Shown: piece after piece, positions 26,709-35,876 of the stretch
Numbering within the stretch: position 1 is the stretch's first letter
How the letters are laid out: every line of letters starts with the position of its first letter
Assembly (NCBI GenBank): GCA_902553315.1
Contig: CACDKN010000004.1
Coordinates: 6,668-70,667 of the forward strand
From: an uncultured SAR86 cluster bacterium
Lineage (GTDB): Bacteria; Pseudomonadota; Gammaproteobacteria; Magnimaribacterales; AG-339-G14
Reading direction: 5' to 3'
Length of the DNA stretch: 64,000 nt
Translations under genes and position numbers: made by a program
Notes under the pieces: model-generated
Database searches by the model: none
What the model saw: the letters and a program-made list of their open reading frames with translations, nothing else
What the model was told of the DNA's origin: nothing

Positions 26709-28772
26709 ATGAAATTTATATGTATTTTTTTTACAGCTTTATTGGCTGTATCCAATTTCTTGCTCGCACAAGAAGATACTGAAGAACTTATCGTTGCTTC
26801 AGCTTTTATTGAAGGCGATTCATCTTCAATTAATAATCCAATTCACGTGGTTGAATATGCAGAAGTTTCTAAAAGAGGAATTTCAAATCTAGGTGAGTCA
26901 ATTGATTCATTATTAGGTGTGTCTAATCAAGATTTTGGTGCTTCCGTAGGAAAACCGATTATTCGAGGAATGGCTGGAAATCGAGTTAAGGTTTTAAACA
27001 ATGGCTTGGTTGTAAGAGACGTTGCTTACATGGGTGCAGATCACCCAATCGAAATAGATCTTAATGCAATTGAACAAATTGAGATTGTAAAAGGGCCATC
27101 TTCAATTCTTTATTCAAATGGAGCAATTGGCGGAATTGTCAACGTTGTGGATAAAACGATTGCAAAAGAAGATATTTTAGAAACGTCTATTAATGTTGGA
27201 TTTGAATCTCAATCAGTTAATGACGGCGATAGCTACAATATTAATCTTTCAAGTAATGTTTCAGGATTCAATATTTTCCTGTCACATTTAGACAAAAATC
27301 TTGATAACTTTGATATTCCTGATGAAGCAGTTATTCACGAGCCAGGACATACTGAAGAAGAGAAATCTTTTTTGCCTAATTCTGATTCAAAATTAGCAGC
27401 TAGTCGCGCAGGTTTATCCAAAACAGGAGACTGGGGTTACTATGGGATTTCTTTTGTTAATTCTGATCAACTCAATGGTGTTCCATTTCATGGTGAAGAG
27501 CACGAACCAAAACAAGGATGTCCTGAACACGAAGAAGAACGAATCTTTGCTAGTACTAATTCAAGTGTTATAAATGTTGAGGGAAAACGTCTTCTTGATG
27601 GCCCTATCAACGACATTGTTTATATTTTTAGAGAAACCGATTCTCTTTTAACAGAACAACATCTCGAAGAAGAAGGGCATGAAGAGGACCCAGTTCCCGC
27701 AGGTTGTGAAGAAGAAGAAGAGGGACCTACCACTTTTACTAATAATGCTGAGGAGGTTCAATTAATATTTGATATCTCAAATGATTCTTTAGAGCAAAAG
27801 GTTGTATTCAATTATGCTGACCAAGAATCTTCAGTTATTGGTTCAGAGGCTTTCATGGAGCCTACTGATAGCACCGAGACAACCATTGGTTACTATTTAG
27901 GTACTTCTTTAAATGAAATTGATGTTGATTTTGGAATTCGTTTTGATGAGATCAACAGAAAAGGATCAATAAAGCCAGCAACTGGAAATGCAGTTGATCA
28001 CGATCTAGATTTCGATGGATTAAGCTATTCTGCTTCTTTTGGAACAAGTCTTACAGACAATATATCTGCTTCACTAGGACTTTCTGCTGTAGAGCGTGCA
28101 CCCTCACCAACTGAACTCTTCATGAATGGCAAACATTTAGTAATTCAGAGATACGAGATAGGTAGCGTTGCATTAAATACAGAAGAGTCACAAAACATTG
28201 ATCTTCAATTCAATTTTGATGTCAACAGTTTTGAAATTTCAGCTTTGTATTTCAAAAATGATATTGATAACTATATCTATCTTCTTGATACTGCGACTAA
28301 AAAAGAAGAGGTGTTAATTGCAAACCATTCTCAACGGGATGCAGAATTTGAAGGATACGAATTAAGTATCGGTTCTTCTTTTGATTTATATCAAGGCGAA
28401 TTAGCTGTATCTGTGGGTACAGATTCAGTTGAAGGAAAATTCACAGACGGAACATTTATTCCAAGAATAACTCCTTCTAGGTTTATATATTCATTTGAAT
28501 ATGCACAAGACGATTTACTTATTGATGTATCTTTAACCGACGTAGACTCACAATCTGACGTTGCTTCAGGAGAATCTGTTACTAATGGTTTTGAGTTACT
28601 GGATTTGTCAGTATCTAAAAGTTTTGATCTTTACGGCGAAGAAGATCTTACTTTAGGAATATTCGGAACAAATTTACTTGATGAAATAGCAAGAAATCAT
28701 AATTCGTATGTCAAAAATGAAGTTCCATTGGCAGGAAGAAATATTGGTTTGAGATTTAATTTAAGTCTTTAA
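26709..28772 (+). CDS. TonB-dependent receptor with His/Glu/Cys-rich loop insertions (metal, Zn/Cu-type)
   Basis: 687 aa. Signal peptide, plug domain (IIRGMAGNRVKVLNNG, IEIVKGPSSILYSNGAIGGIVNV), and a beta-barrel ending ...GRNIGLRFNLSL. Acidic/His insertions are HGEEHEPKQGCPEHEEER and HLEEEGHEEDPVPAGCEEEEEG. Strong SD (AGGAG). Confidence 0.85.
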   Translation: MKFICIFFTALLAVSNFLLAQEDTEELIVASAFIEGDSSSINNPIHVVEYAEVSKRGISNLGESIDSLLGVSNQDFGASVGKPIIRGMAGNRVKVLNNGLVVRDVAYMGADHPIEIDLNAIEQIEIVKGPSSILYSNGAIGGIVNVVDKTIAKEDILETSINVGFESQSVNDGDSYNINLSSNVSGFNIFLSHLDKNLDNFDIPDEAVIHEPGHTEEEKSFLPNSDSKLAASRAGLSKTGDWGYYGISFVNSDQLNGVPFHGEEHEPKQGCPEHEEERIFASTNSSVINVEGKRLLDGPINDIVYIFRETDSLLTEQHLEEEGHEEDPVPAGCEEEEEGPTTFTNNAEEVQLIFDISNDSLEQKVVFNYADQESSVIGSEAFMEPTDSTETTIGYYLGTSLNEIDVDFGIRFDEINRKGSIKPATGNAVDHDLDFDGLSYSASFGTSLTDNISASLGLSAVERAPSPTELFMNGKHLVIQRYEIGSVALNTEESQNIDLQFNFDVNSFEISALYFKNDIDNYIYLLDTATKKEEVLIANHSQRDAEFEGYELSIGSSFDLYQGELAVSVGTDSVEGKFTDGTFIPRITPSRFIYSFEYAQDDLLIDVSLTDVDSQSDVASGESVTNGFELLDLSVSKSFDLYGEEDLTLGIFGTNLLDEIARNHNSYVKNEVPLAGRNIGLRFNLSL

Positions 28773-28835
28773 GTAGATATCGAATATCATCTTCAAAACA
28801 TATAGAATGGAGGAGTTTTTAACTCCTTCATTCAT

Positions 28836-31652
28836 ATGTCAAAGATAAATTATTTAATCTTAATTTTATTTTTCTCTTCCCTAATTTTTTCTCAAGAAAA
28901 TTTAGGTGTAGAAGAGATAATTGTAACTGGGAGTTTAATAAAATCTAATAATTTAGAAACCGCAAATCCAAGTTACTCAATTACTAAAGAGGATTTGGAT
29001 AAAAGTGGAACTTTTAGATTAGAAGACTATTTATCGAAGCTACCCCAGATAACACCAGGCAATTCCGCACTGCAGTCTGGCTTTTCTACTGGAACTGCGT
29101 CAGTTAGTTTAAGATCTTTAGGCGGAGATAGAACTTTACTATTAATTGATGGAAAACGTCTTTCTCCAGGAACTCCCTTTGATGGTCATGCGGAAGCCGA
29201 TATAAATCAAATTCCTGATGCATTAGTTAAAAGAATTGACGTTGTAACTGGTGGAAAATCAACCATTTATGGATCTGATGCAATTGGTGGAGTTATAAAC
29301 TTCATTTTGGATAGATCTTTTGAAGGGATAAAAGTTGATTTTCAAGGAGGCTTTTACAATCATAAAAATAATAATACTTATTTACGAGATATTCATTCAG
29401 CAAAACCTTATGATCTTGCTCCAAAAAACATAAGAGATGGCGATCAAGGCAATCTATCAGTGATTATAGGAAATAAAATTTTTCAAGACACCCATTTCAC
29501 GACCTACATAAATTACAGAAAAGTAGACCCAATTAGATGGTCACAGAGAGATATAAGCAATTGCGCACTGTCTGCCAATGCGGTTTGCAGAGGTTCAAGC
29601 GCTAGTAAGGAAGGCTTATTCAAAATAGGAGCTTCGACTTTTTATTTTGTCGATGACACAGATTTTATTTCAGGAAGGAAAACATACAATTTTGCTTCCT
29701 ATAATTTTCTTCAAAGGCCAGATAATAAATTGAGCACTGGCTTTTTATTGGATCATAAAATTAATAAAAATCATCAATTGAAGAGTAGTTTTTTTCACGT
29801 AACCGATAAAACTACAGCGCAAATAGATTACTCACTCCTGTTCCGTCAATCTGTATCTATTCCTTGTTCTCATCCTTTTTTGTCAGCACAACAAATAGAA
29901 AAACTTTGCTCAGATTTTGGCCTTTCATCCAATGATTCACAGACGGTTACTTTAAGCCGAAGAAATTTTGAAGGTTTGCCAAGACAACAAGAATTTAATC
30001 TTCAAAATAATCGGTTTATCCTTGAATTAGAAGGCAAAACATTTGCAAATTGGGAATATCAGTTCTTTCTTCAAAGATCTATGACTGACCTTGAGTATAT
30101 TTATTTCAACGACATATCGAAGTCTAAAACTGCAAATGCATTAAATATTGCTGGTTCAGCTTTAAATCCCAGCTGTGTTTCTAATGATTCTGGTTGTGTT
30201 CCTTGGAATATATTTATTAATAATGGAAACCAAATTGTAAATAATCCTGCTTTAGGGATTACACAAGATGCTTTGAATTATATAAATTTGAATTTATCGA
30301 TAACGGGTTCAAGCAGTGAATCTCAACAAGTTTTATTTTTTTCAAAGAAACTTAATTTAGAGAATTCTTTAATCTTTAATCCTTCGATAGTGATTGGTTT
30401 AGAAAAAAGAAAGATTTCACTGTTAAAAAATCCTGACAAGAACTTTGAAGGAAATGATGGAGCTGGTCAACAGGTTGAGCAACACCAACTTTCTGGAACG
30501 ATCAAAGTTGACGATTATTTTATTGAAGGTTTAGTGCCATTTAAAAACTCGACCAAACTATCGGCTAGCTATAGATTTTCTGATTACTCGCTTTCTCAAA
30601 AATCTGAAGCTTTCGATGTTGGTATAAATTATAAAATAAATGAATTAATTTCCTTAAAAGCTTCAATACAAAAAGCCATTAGAGTTGCAGACATTCATGA
30701 ATTATTCGAAGAAACTCATGCAAAATACGTGGCACTTAGTTCTGATCCTTGTTCTGGATCCAATCCAGAGAGATCTCTATCTGAATGTTCAAGAACTGGC
30801 GTCACATCTTCACTGTATGGTTTGATTGAAGCTCCAGCCAGTTCAATTGCTACAACTACAGGAGGAAATAAAAATTTACTTCCAGAAGAAGCAATTACCT
30901 CGAGCTTTGGGTTTGTTTTTAATGGTCTTATAAATTTTGTAGAAATTGATTTCTACAATATAGATTTGGATGATCAAATAGATACCTCAGATGCTGATAC
31001 TGTCCTAACTAAATGTTTGGAAACAGGTTCATCAAAATGGTGTTCACTCATTACTAGAAATCCTTCAACTGGAACTTTTCATGAAGGTTCTGGAAAAATT
31101 AATACGCCTCTCTTAAATTTTGTTTCAAATGAGACTTCAGGATTAGATTTTTTATATAAACGTAGTTTTGATACTTCAGTAGGACAAGTCAATGTTTCAA
31201 ACTTTTCTAATTTTTTATTTAAAAGAAGAATTCATCAAGCTTCAAGCGAATTAGCCACAGATTGCCGAGGAAAATATGAAAATATTTGCGGCCTCCCATC
31301 ACCTAAATTCCAAAACATCTTAACCATTGATATAGAAAGTGAGTGGCAAAATATGCCTCTTAGCACTTCCTTTAAATTTAGATATTTGGGCTCAGTTAAA
31401 GACGTCAATTTGGATAAATCCAACACTTCATATAATGAGAATGTTCCTTTCAAAAGTTTCACTTATTTCGACATCTCTCTAAATACTACTTTTGAAAACA
31501 TAGACTTAAGATTTGGTGTAAATAATTTATTTGATATTGATCCTCCAGTAAATGGACAAATAGGTTATGTTCCAGGAAATGGAAACATTTATCCTTCTTT
31601 TTATGATTCCTTGGGAAGATTTATTTTCTTCAGATTATCTACTGAAATGTAA
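28836..31652 (+). CDS. TonB-dependent receptor (large, 938 aa)
   Basis: Signal peptide, plug motifs (EEIIVTGS, LRSLGGDRTLLLIDGKR, VVTGGKSTIYGSDAIGGVINF), and a long beta-barrel with a C-terminal ...GRFIFFRLSTEM. Confidence 0.88.
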   Translation: MSKINYLILILFFSSLIFSQENLGVEEIIVTGSLIKSNNLETANPSYSITKEDLDKSGTFRLEDYLSKLPQITPGNSALQSGFSTGTASVSLRSLGGDRTLLLIDGKRLSPGTPFDGHAEADINQIPDALVKRIDVVTGGKSTIYGSDAIGGVINFILDRSFEGIKVDFQGGFYNHKNNNTYLRDIHSAKPYDLAPKNIRDGDQGNLSVIIGNKIFQDTHFTTYINYRKVDPIRWSQRDISNCALSANAVCRGSSASKEGLFKIGASTFYFVDDTDFISGRKTYNFASYNFLQRPDNKLSTGFLLDHKINKNHQLKSSFFHVTDKTTAQIDYSLLFRQSVSIPCSHPFLSAQQIEKLCSDFGLSSNDSQTVTLSRRNFEGLPRQQEFNLQNNRFILELEGKTFANWEYQFFLQRSMTDLEYIYFNDISKSKTANALNIAGSALNPSCVSNDSGCVPWNIFINNGNQIVNNPALGITQDALNYINLNLSITGSSSESQQVLFFSKKLNLENSLIFNPSIVIGLEKRKISLLKNPDKNFEGNDGAGQQVEQHQLSGTIKVDDYFIEGLVPFKNSTKLSASYRFSDYSLSQKSEAFDVGINYKINELISLKASIQKAIRVADIHELFEETHAKYVALSSDPCSGSNPERSLSECSRTGVTSSLYGLIEAPASSIATTTGGNKNLLPEEAITSSFGFVFNGLINFVEIDFYNIDLDDQIDTSDADTVLTKCLETGSSKWCSLITRNPSTGTFHEGSGKINTPLLNFVSNETSGLDFLYKRSFDTSVGQVNVSNFSNFLFKRRIHQASSELATDCRGKYENICGLPSPKFQNILTIDIESEWQNMPLSTSFKFRYLGSVKDVNLDKSNTSYNENVPFKSFTYFDISLNTTFENIDLRFGVNNLFDIDPPVNGQIGYVPGNGNIYPSFYDSLGRFIFFRLSTEM

Positions 31653-31655
31653 TTA

Positions 31656-32576
31656 ATGGAAAAAGTTTTTTTATTAGACATAGGTGGGACTAATGTCAGA
31701 TATGCTTTCGCAGAAAAGGGTAAGACTTCAATCGAAAAAATATTTAAAAAAAATATAGGTAGCAAAAGTCTAGATAAGTTATTGGAAGACCTTTTGACAA
31801 CAGAAAGTGGAAAAGTCTTAAACATAGTTATTTCTGCAGCTGGCCCAAAATTAGAGGGGATTATTAGAATGACTAACAGATCTTATAAAATAGATCCCAA
31901 TGAAATAAAAGAAAAATTTAGTCTGAAAGAATGTCATATACTGAACGATTGGGAATCAATCGCATATGGACATGCTTATCTTAATCAAAAAGATTTTATT
32001 AATTTAATAAATAAAGAAGTAAGTTCATATAATAAAAATTCTTTATATTTTGGCCCAGGCACAGGATTGGGCGTATCAATTTTGTTAGACAATCAAATTG
32101 TAATCTCCTCTGAATACGGCAATACAAACATAGGTGTTGAAGAATTAATTGGGGAGGATTTATCCAAGCTCCATCATTTTAAATCCATCGAGGATACTCT
32201 CTCCGGAAAAGCAATTTCAAAAATTTATGAAATTAAGACAAGAAAAAATTTAAGTGCAGAAGAAATCTTTTCGCAGGCTAAAAATGATGATCTAGTAGCA
32301 AAAGAAATCATACAAGATTTTATAGAGAGATTAGCGACAATTCTGTCTGATCTGACTTTGTCCTTTCTTCCAGGAAAGGGTATTTATTTAGCTGGAAACC
32401 TCACAAGAAGTTTGAAAGATTTTATTAACACCAAAATTTTTGAGGAGAAATTTCTTTCAAATAAAGCTGGCCCTCATTTAGAAATTTTAAAAAATACTCC
32501 TATAAACATAATTATGAAAGAGCATTCACCGTTATATGGGAATTTAAATTATTTTAATTTATCTCAGAGAGATTAA
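31656..32576 (+). CDS. glk: Glucokinase
   Basis: 306 aa. LLDIGGTNVRYAF, ILNDWESIAYG and GPGTGLGVS align with E. coli Glk (VGDVGGTNARLAL, IINDFTAVSMA, GAGTGLGVA). Confidence 0.88.
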   Translation: MEKVFLLDIGGTNVRYAFAEKGKTSIEKIFKKNIGSKSLDKLLEDLLTTESGKVLNIVISAAGPKLEGIIRMTNRSYKIDPNEIKEKFSLKECHILNDWESIAYGHAYLNQKDFINLINKEVSSYNKNSLYFGPGTGLGVSILLDNQIVISSEYGNTNIGVEELIGEDLSKLHHFKSIEDTLSGKAISKIYEIKTRKNLSAEEIFSQAKNDDLVAKEIIQDFIERLATILSDLTLSFLPGKGIYLAGNLTRSLKDFINTKIFEEKFLSNKAGPHLEILKNTPINIIMKEHSPLYGNLNYFNLSQRD

Positions 32577-33960
32577 GTTTAATTATGTCTCCTGGATAAA
32601 TAAGACTTTCGTCTTCAATATCATTCCATTTTAGAATCCAATCCTTAGTTATCCCAAAACGCAAAGATATCTTATTAATCGTATCGCCAGTTTTTACTGG
32701 ATACGAAATATTATTTCTATTTATTTTTGGAGCCGGTCTAGGTTTTAAGTATTTAGGATAAATTAAAATTTTAGTTCCCGTGAGGAGAAAATTACTTGGG
32801 TTGAGATCGTTCCAAATAGATAAATCTCTAATAGTCACTTCGAATTTCTTTGCTATTGACCAAAGACTATCTCCCCCCTGAACATAGTATATGTCGGGCC
32901 TATTTAAATAATCTTTTATCCAGCTTGGACCTCTTGGAACAATTAATTCTTCTGATTCATAGATCGTATCATCTTTCAGTCCATTTATTTCTTTGAGCAG
33001 TTCAAAGTCAATTAGATAGTTCTCTGCAATCGAGGTCAAAGTATCGCCGCTAGAAACTAGATATTTATCCCATTGAACTAATTCGTTGGGATCAATATCT
33101 TCAAGAATGATTTGAAATCTGTCTGCAATTCCAACTGGCAACAAAATATGAAAAGGACCATTAGGGTCAGTAGCCCATTGATTAAATCCAGGGTTTAATT
33201 CATAAATTAACTCAAGCTTAACTCCAGAAAGATTAGAAACTTGCATCAAATCTACCTGGGAGGGTAATTCTATAACACTAAAATAAGGGCGATTAGCTAG
33301 ATAAGGCAGCTCAATATTATATTTTTCAGGCTTGCGAATAACTTCTACTATTGCAAGTATTTTTGGTACGTAAGCTTTGGTTTCACGGGGAAGATTTAAT
33401 GACCAAAAATCAGTGGGCAATCCATTAGATTTATTTTTTTCAATTTCTCTTCTTATTCTAGACGGCCCAGCGTTGTAAGCTGCAATTGCTATTAACCAGT
33501 CATCATATTTTTCATACAAACTTGTTAGAAAAGTATAGGCGGCCTCTGTTGAGGCCAGGATGTCTCTTCTACCGTCGTACCACCAATTCTTTTTTAAGCC
33601 ATTTTCTCTAGCTGTGCTTGGTATAAATTGCCAAATCCCTGAAGCTCCTGTTGAAGATTGAGCATATGGATCGAATTGACTTTCTACAAATGGGATTAAA
33701 CTTAATTCGACTGGTAATCCTTTTTTTAAAGCCTCTTTGACTGTGTAATATAAATATCTTTGCCCATTCTTTGAAAGTCGGTTTATGAGATATTGATGAC
33801 CATCGTATTTGTCAGTGGCATTAATTATTTCACTTCTAGTTGAATCAAAATTTAAGTTACTGTTTCTTCTAATTTCATCCCACAAGGAATTTAGATCTCT
33901 TGTATTTTGAGTAAAAGCTAGAGACGAATAAATTAAAAAAACAGCGATAAAAGATTTCAT
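32554..33960 (-). CDS. mltD: Membrane-bound lytic murein transglycosylase D (SLT domain plus LysM repeats)
   Basis: 468 aa. SLT catalytic motif FVESQFDPYAQSSTGASGIWQFIPSTA and AAYNAGP. At least three LysM-like repeats (e.g. YLVSSGDTLTSIA, YYVQGGDSLWSIA, YPVKTGDTINKIS). Located next to gloB, as in E. coli. Confidence 0.9.
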   Translation of the reverse strand: MKSFIAVFLIYSSLAFTQNTRDLNSLWDEIRRNSNLNFDSTRSEIINATDKYDGHQYLINRLSKNGQRYLYYTVKEALKKGLPVELSLIPFVESQFDPYAQSSTGASGIWQFIPSTARENGLKKNWWYDGRRDILASTEAAYTFLTSLYEKYDDWLIAIAAYNAGPSRIRREIEKNKSNGLPTDFWSLNLPRETKAYVPKILAIVEVIRKPEKYNIELPYLANRPYFSVIELPSQVDLMQVSNLSGVKLELIYELNPGFNQWATDPNGPFHILLPVGIADRFQIILEDIDPNELVQWDKYLVSSGDTLTSIAENYLIDFELLKEINGLKDDTIYESEELIVPRGPSWIKDYLNRPDIYYVQGGDSLWSIAKKFEVTIRDLSIWNDLNPSNFLLTGTKILIYPKYLKPRPAPKINRNNISYPVKTGDTINKISLRFGITKDWILKWNDIEDESLIYPGDIIKLNLSEIN

Positions 33961-34742
33961 TAGAAATTATCTTTCCATTCTCGGATTGTTTTTAAAGTTT
34001 CAATTTCATTGGAGATAGAGATTGATGCATGTTTGCTAGCGTTAAAAATAATATTCTTTGAATCTAGTCTCAAGAACGGATTAATTTGTAATTCTTTTTT
34101 AATTGAAGAAGGTAGAGTTATTTTATCTTGTTCTCTAAGATTTTTTACCTTTAAGGAATAATCCTTTAAATAGTCGTTTTGATCATCAACAACAATAGCA
34201 AAATCTAAATTGCTTTTAGTATATTCATGCGTACAAAAAACAAGTGTTTCGGGATGAAGATTTTTTAGTTTATTCAATGATTCATGCATTTGATCTGGAG
34301 TTCCTTCAAAAAGTCTACCGCAACCTCCAGAGAATAAGGTATCTCCGCAAAAAAGAAGTTTTTGATTTGAGTCGGAATAGTAAGCAATATGATCAAGAGT
34401 GTGTCCCGGCACTTCAAATACTTTAAAACTTTCTCCTAAAACTGTTATGCAATCATTTTCAACTAGCTCATTTGTGATCCCATCAATATGTCCTCCCTTT
34501 GGACCATAAACAGGAACTTCAAATTTATCTACTAATGTTTTAATTCCTCCAGTGTGATCAAAATGGTGGTGAGTAATTAAAATCCCTTCTAGAGTAAAGT
34601 TGTTATTTTCTATAAAATTAATTACCGGATTTGGATCACCAGGATCTACTACATAAATTGATTCTTTACTAACTAAAGCCCAGATATAATTATCAGTGAA
34701 AGCTTTTAGTGGATGAACTTCAATCATGCTTAATTTTATCAT
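33960..34742 (-). CDS. gloB: Hydroxyacylglutathione hydrolase (glyoxalase II)
   Basis: 260 aa. FTDNYIWAL, the THHHFDHTGG metal motif, and PGHTLDH. Confidence 0.93.
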   Translation of the reverse strand: MIKLSMIEVHPLKAFTDNYIWALVSKESIYVVDPGDPNPVINFIENNNFTLEGILITHHHFDHTGGIKTLVDKFEVPVYGPKGGHIDGITNELVENDCITVLGESFKVFEVPGHTLDHIAYYSDSNQKLLFCGDTLFSGGCGRLFEGTPDQMHESLNKLKNLHPETLVFCTHEYTKSNLDFAIVVDDQNDYLKDYSLKVKNLREQDKITLPSSIKKELQINPFLRLDSKNIIFNASKHASISISNEIETLKTIREWKDNF

Positions 34743-34771
34743 TAGGAAGTAAATTTGGTTAAGCCTTTAAA

Positions 34772-35203
34772 ATGAAAATAATTAAAATATATACCGATGG
34801 CGCTTGTAGAGGAAACCCGGGTCCTGGAGGATGGGGAGCTTTAATTTTAAAGGATAATGAAGAGATTAAATTAAATGGTGGTCAAAACGATACTACTAAT
34901 AATCAAATGGAACTTACTGCTGTCATAAAAGCTTTAGATTTTTTTTCTGAATCTACGGAAATAGAAATTTTTACTGATTCAAAATACGTTATGGACGGAA
35001 TCACAGAATACATAAAAAAATGGAAAGTAAATGGATGGAAAACTGCTTCAAAGAAACCAGTAAAAAATTCAGATTTATGGAAACAATTAGATGCTTTAAA
35101 TGCTCAGCATTCAGTAAGATGGAATTGGGTAAAGGGGCATAGTGGACATAGGGAAAATGATATTGCAGATGAATTAGCAAATTTAGGAATAGACAACCTT
35201 TAA
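34772..35203 (+). CDS. rnhA: Ribonuclease HI
   Basis: 143 aa. IYTDGACRGNPGPGGWGA, NNQMELTA, TDSKYV, and WVKGHSGHRENDIADELA. Confidence 0.96.
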   Translation: MKIIKIYTDGACRGNPGPGGWGALILKDNEEIKLNGGQNDTTNNQMELTAVIKALDFFSESTEIEIFTDSKYVMDGITEYIKKWKVNGWKTASKKPVKNSDLWKQLDALNAQHSVRWNWVKGHSGHRENDIADELANLGIDNL

Positions 35204-35204
35204 G

Positions 35205-35876
35205 ATGAAACAAATTATTCTAGATACTGAAACGACGGGTTTGGACTACAAATCCGGTCATAGACTTATTGAAATAGCTTGTGTTGAAATTGAAAATAGA
35301 AAATTTACTGGGAATGAATTTCATTCATATCTTAATCCTGAGAGATCTATAGATCCTGGAGCAGTTAAAATTCATGGCCTTTCAAGAGATTTTTTATCAG
35401 ATAAGCCAAAATTTTCTGAGATTTATACTGAATTATTAGATTTTATTAAAGGCTCCGAACTTCTAATTCATAATGCAGAATTCGATTTAGGCTTTTTAAA
35501 CAATGAATTGCAATTACACAATAAAGACCAAAAAATCGAAGATCATGTAGAAAAAGTAATAGATACTTTATTAATGGCAAGGCAAATGCATCCTGGACAA
35601 AGAAATAGCCTTGACGTTTTAACAGACAGATACAATATCCAAGGATACGACAGAAGCTATCATGGAGCTTTAATTGATTCAAAAATCCTTGGCGAAGTTT
35701 ATCTTTCAATGACCGGTGGTCAAACCGATTTAAATTTTTCATCAGGCATTTCAAAAAAGATAGCGCATGAAACTAAAGCGTCTCTCTCATCATCGCTGAT
35801 TAAAATAAGCGCATCTGTGGAAGAAAATTTAGCTCATCAAAATTACTTAAAATCTATTCATGAAGATAATAACTAG
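35205..35876 (+). CDS. dnaQ: DNA polymerase III epsilon subunit (3'-5' proofreading exonuclease)
   Basis: 223 aa. ILDTETTGL (Exo I), HNAEFDLGFL (Exo II), and HGALIDSKILGEVY (Exo III epsilon). Confidence 0.94.
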   Translation: MKQIILDTETTGLDYKSGHRLIEIACVEIENRKFTGNEFHSYLNPERSIDPGAVKIHGLSRDFLSDKPKFSEIYTELLDFIKGSELLIHNAEFDLGFLNNELQLHNKDQKIEDHVEKVIDTLLMARQMHPGQRNSLDVLTDRYNIQGYDRSYHGALIDSKILGEVYLSMTGGQTDLNFSSGISKKIAHETKASLSSSLIKISASVEENLAHQNYLKSIHEDNN

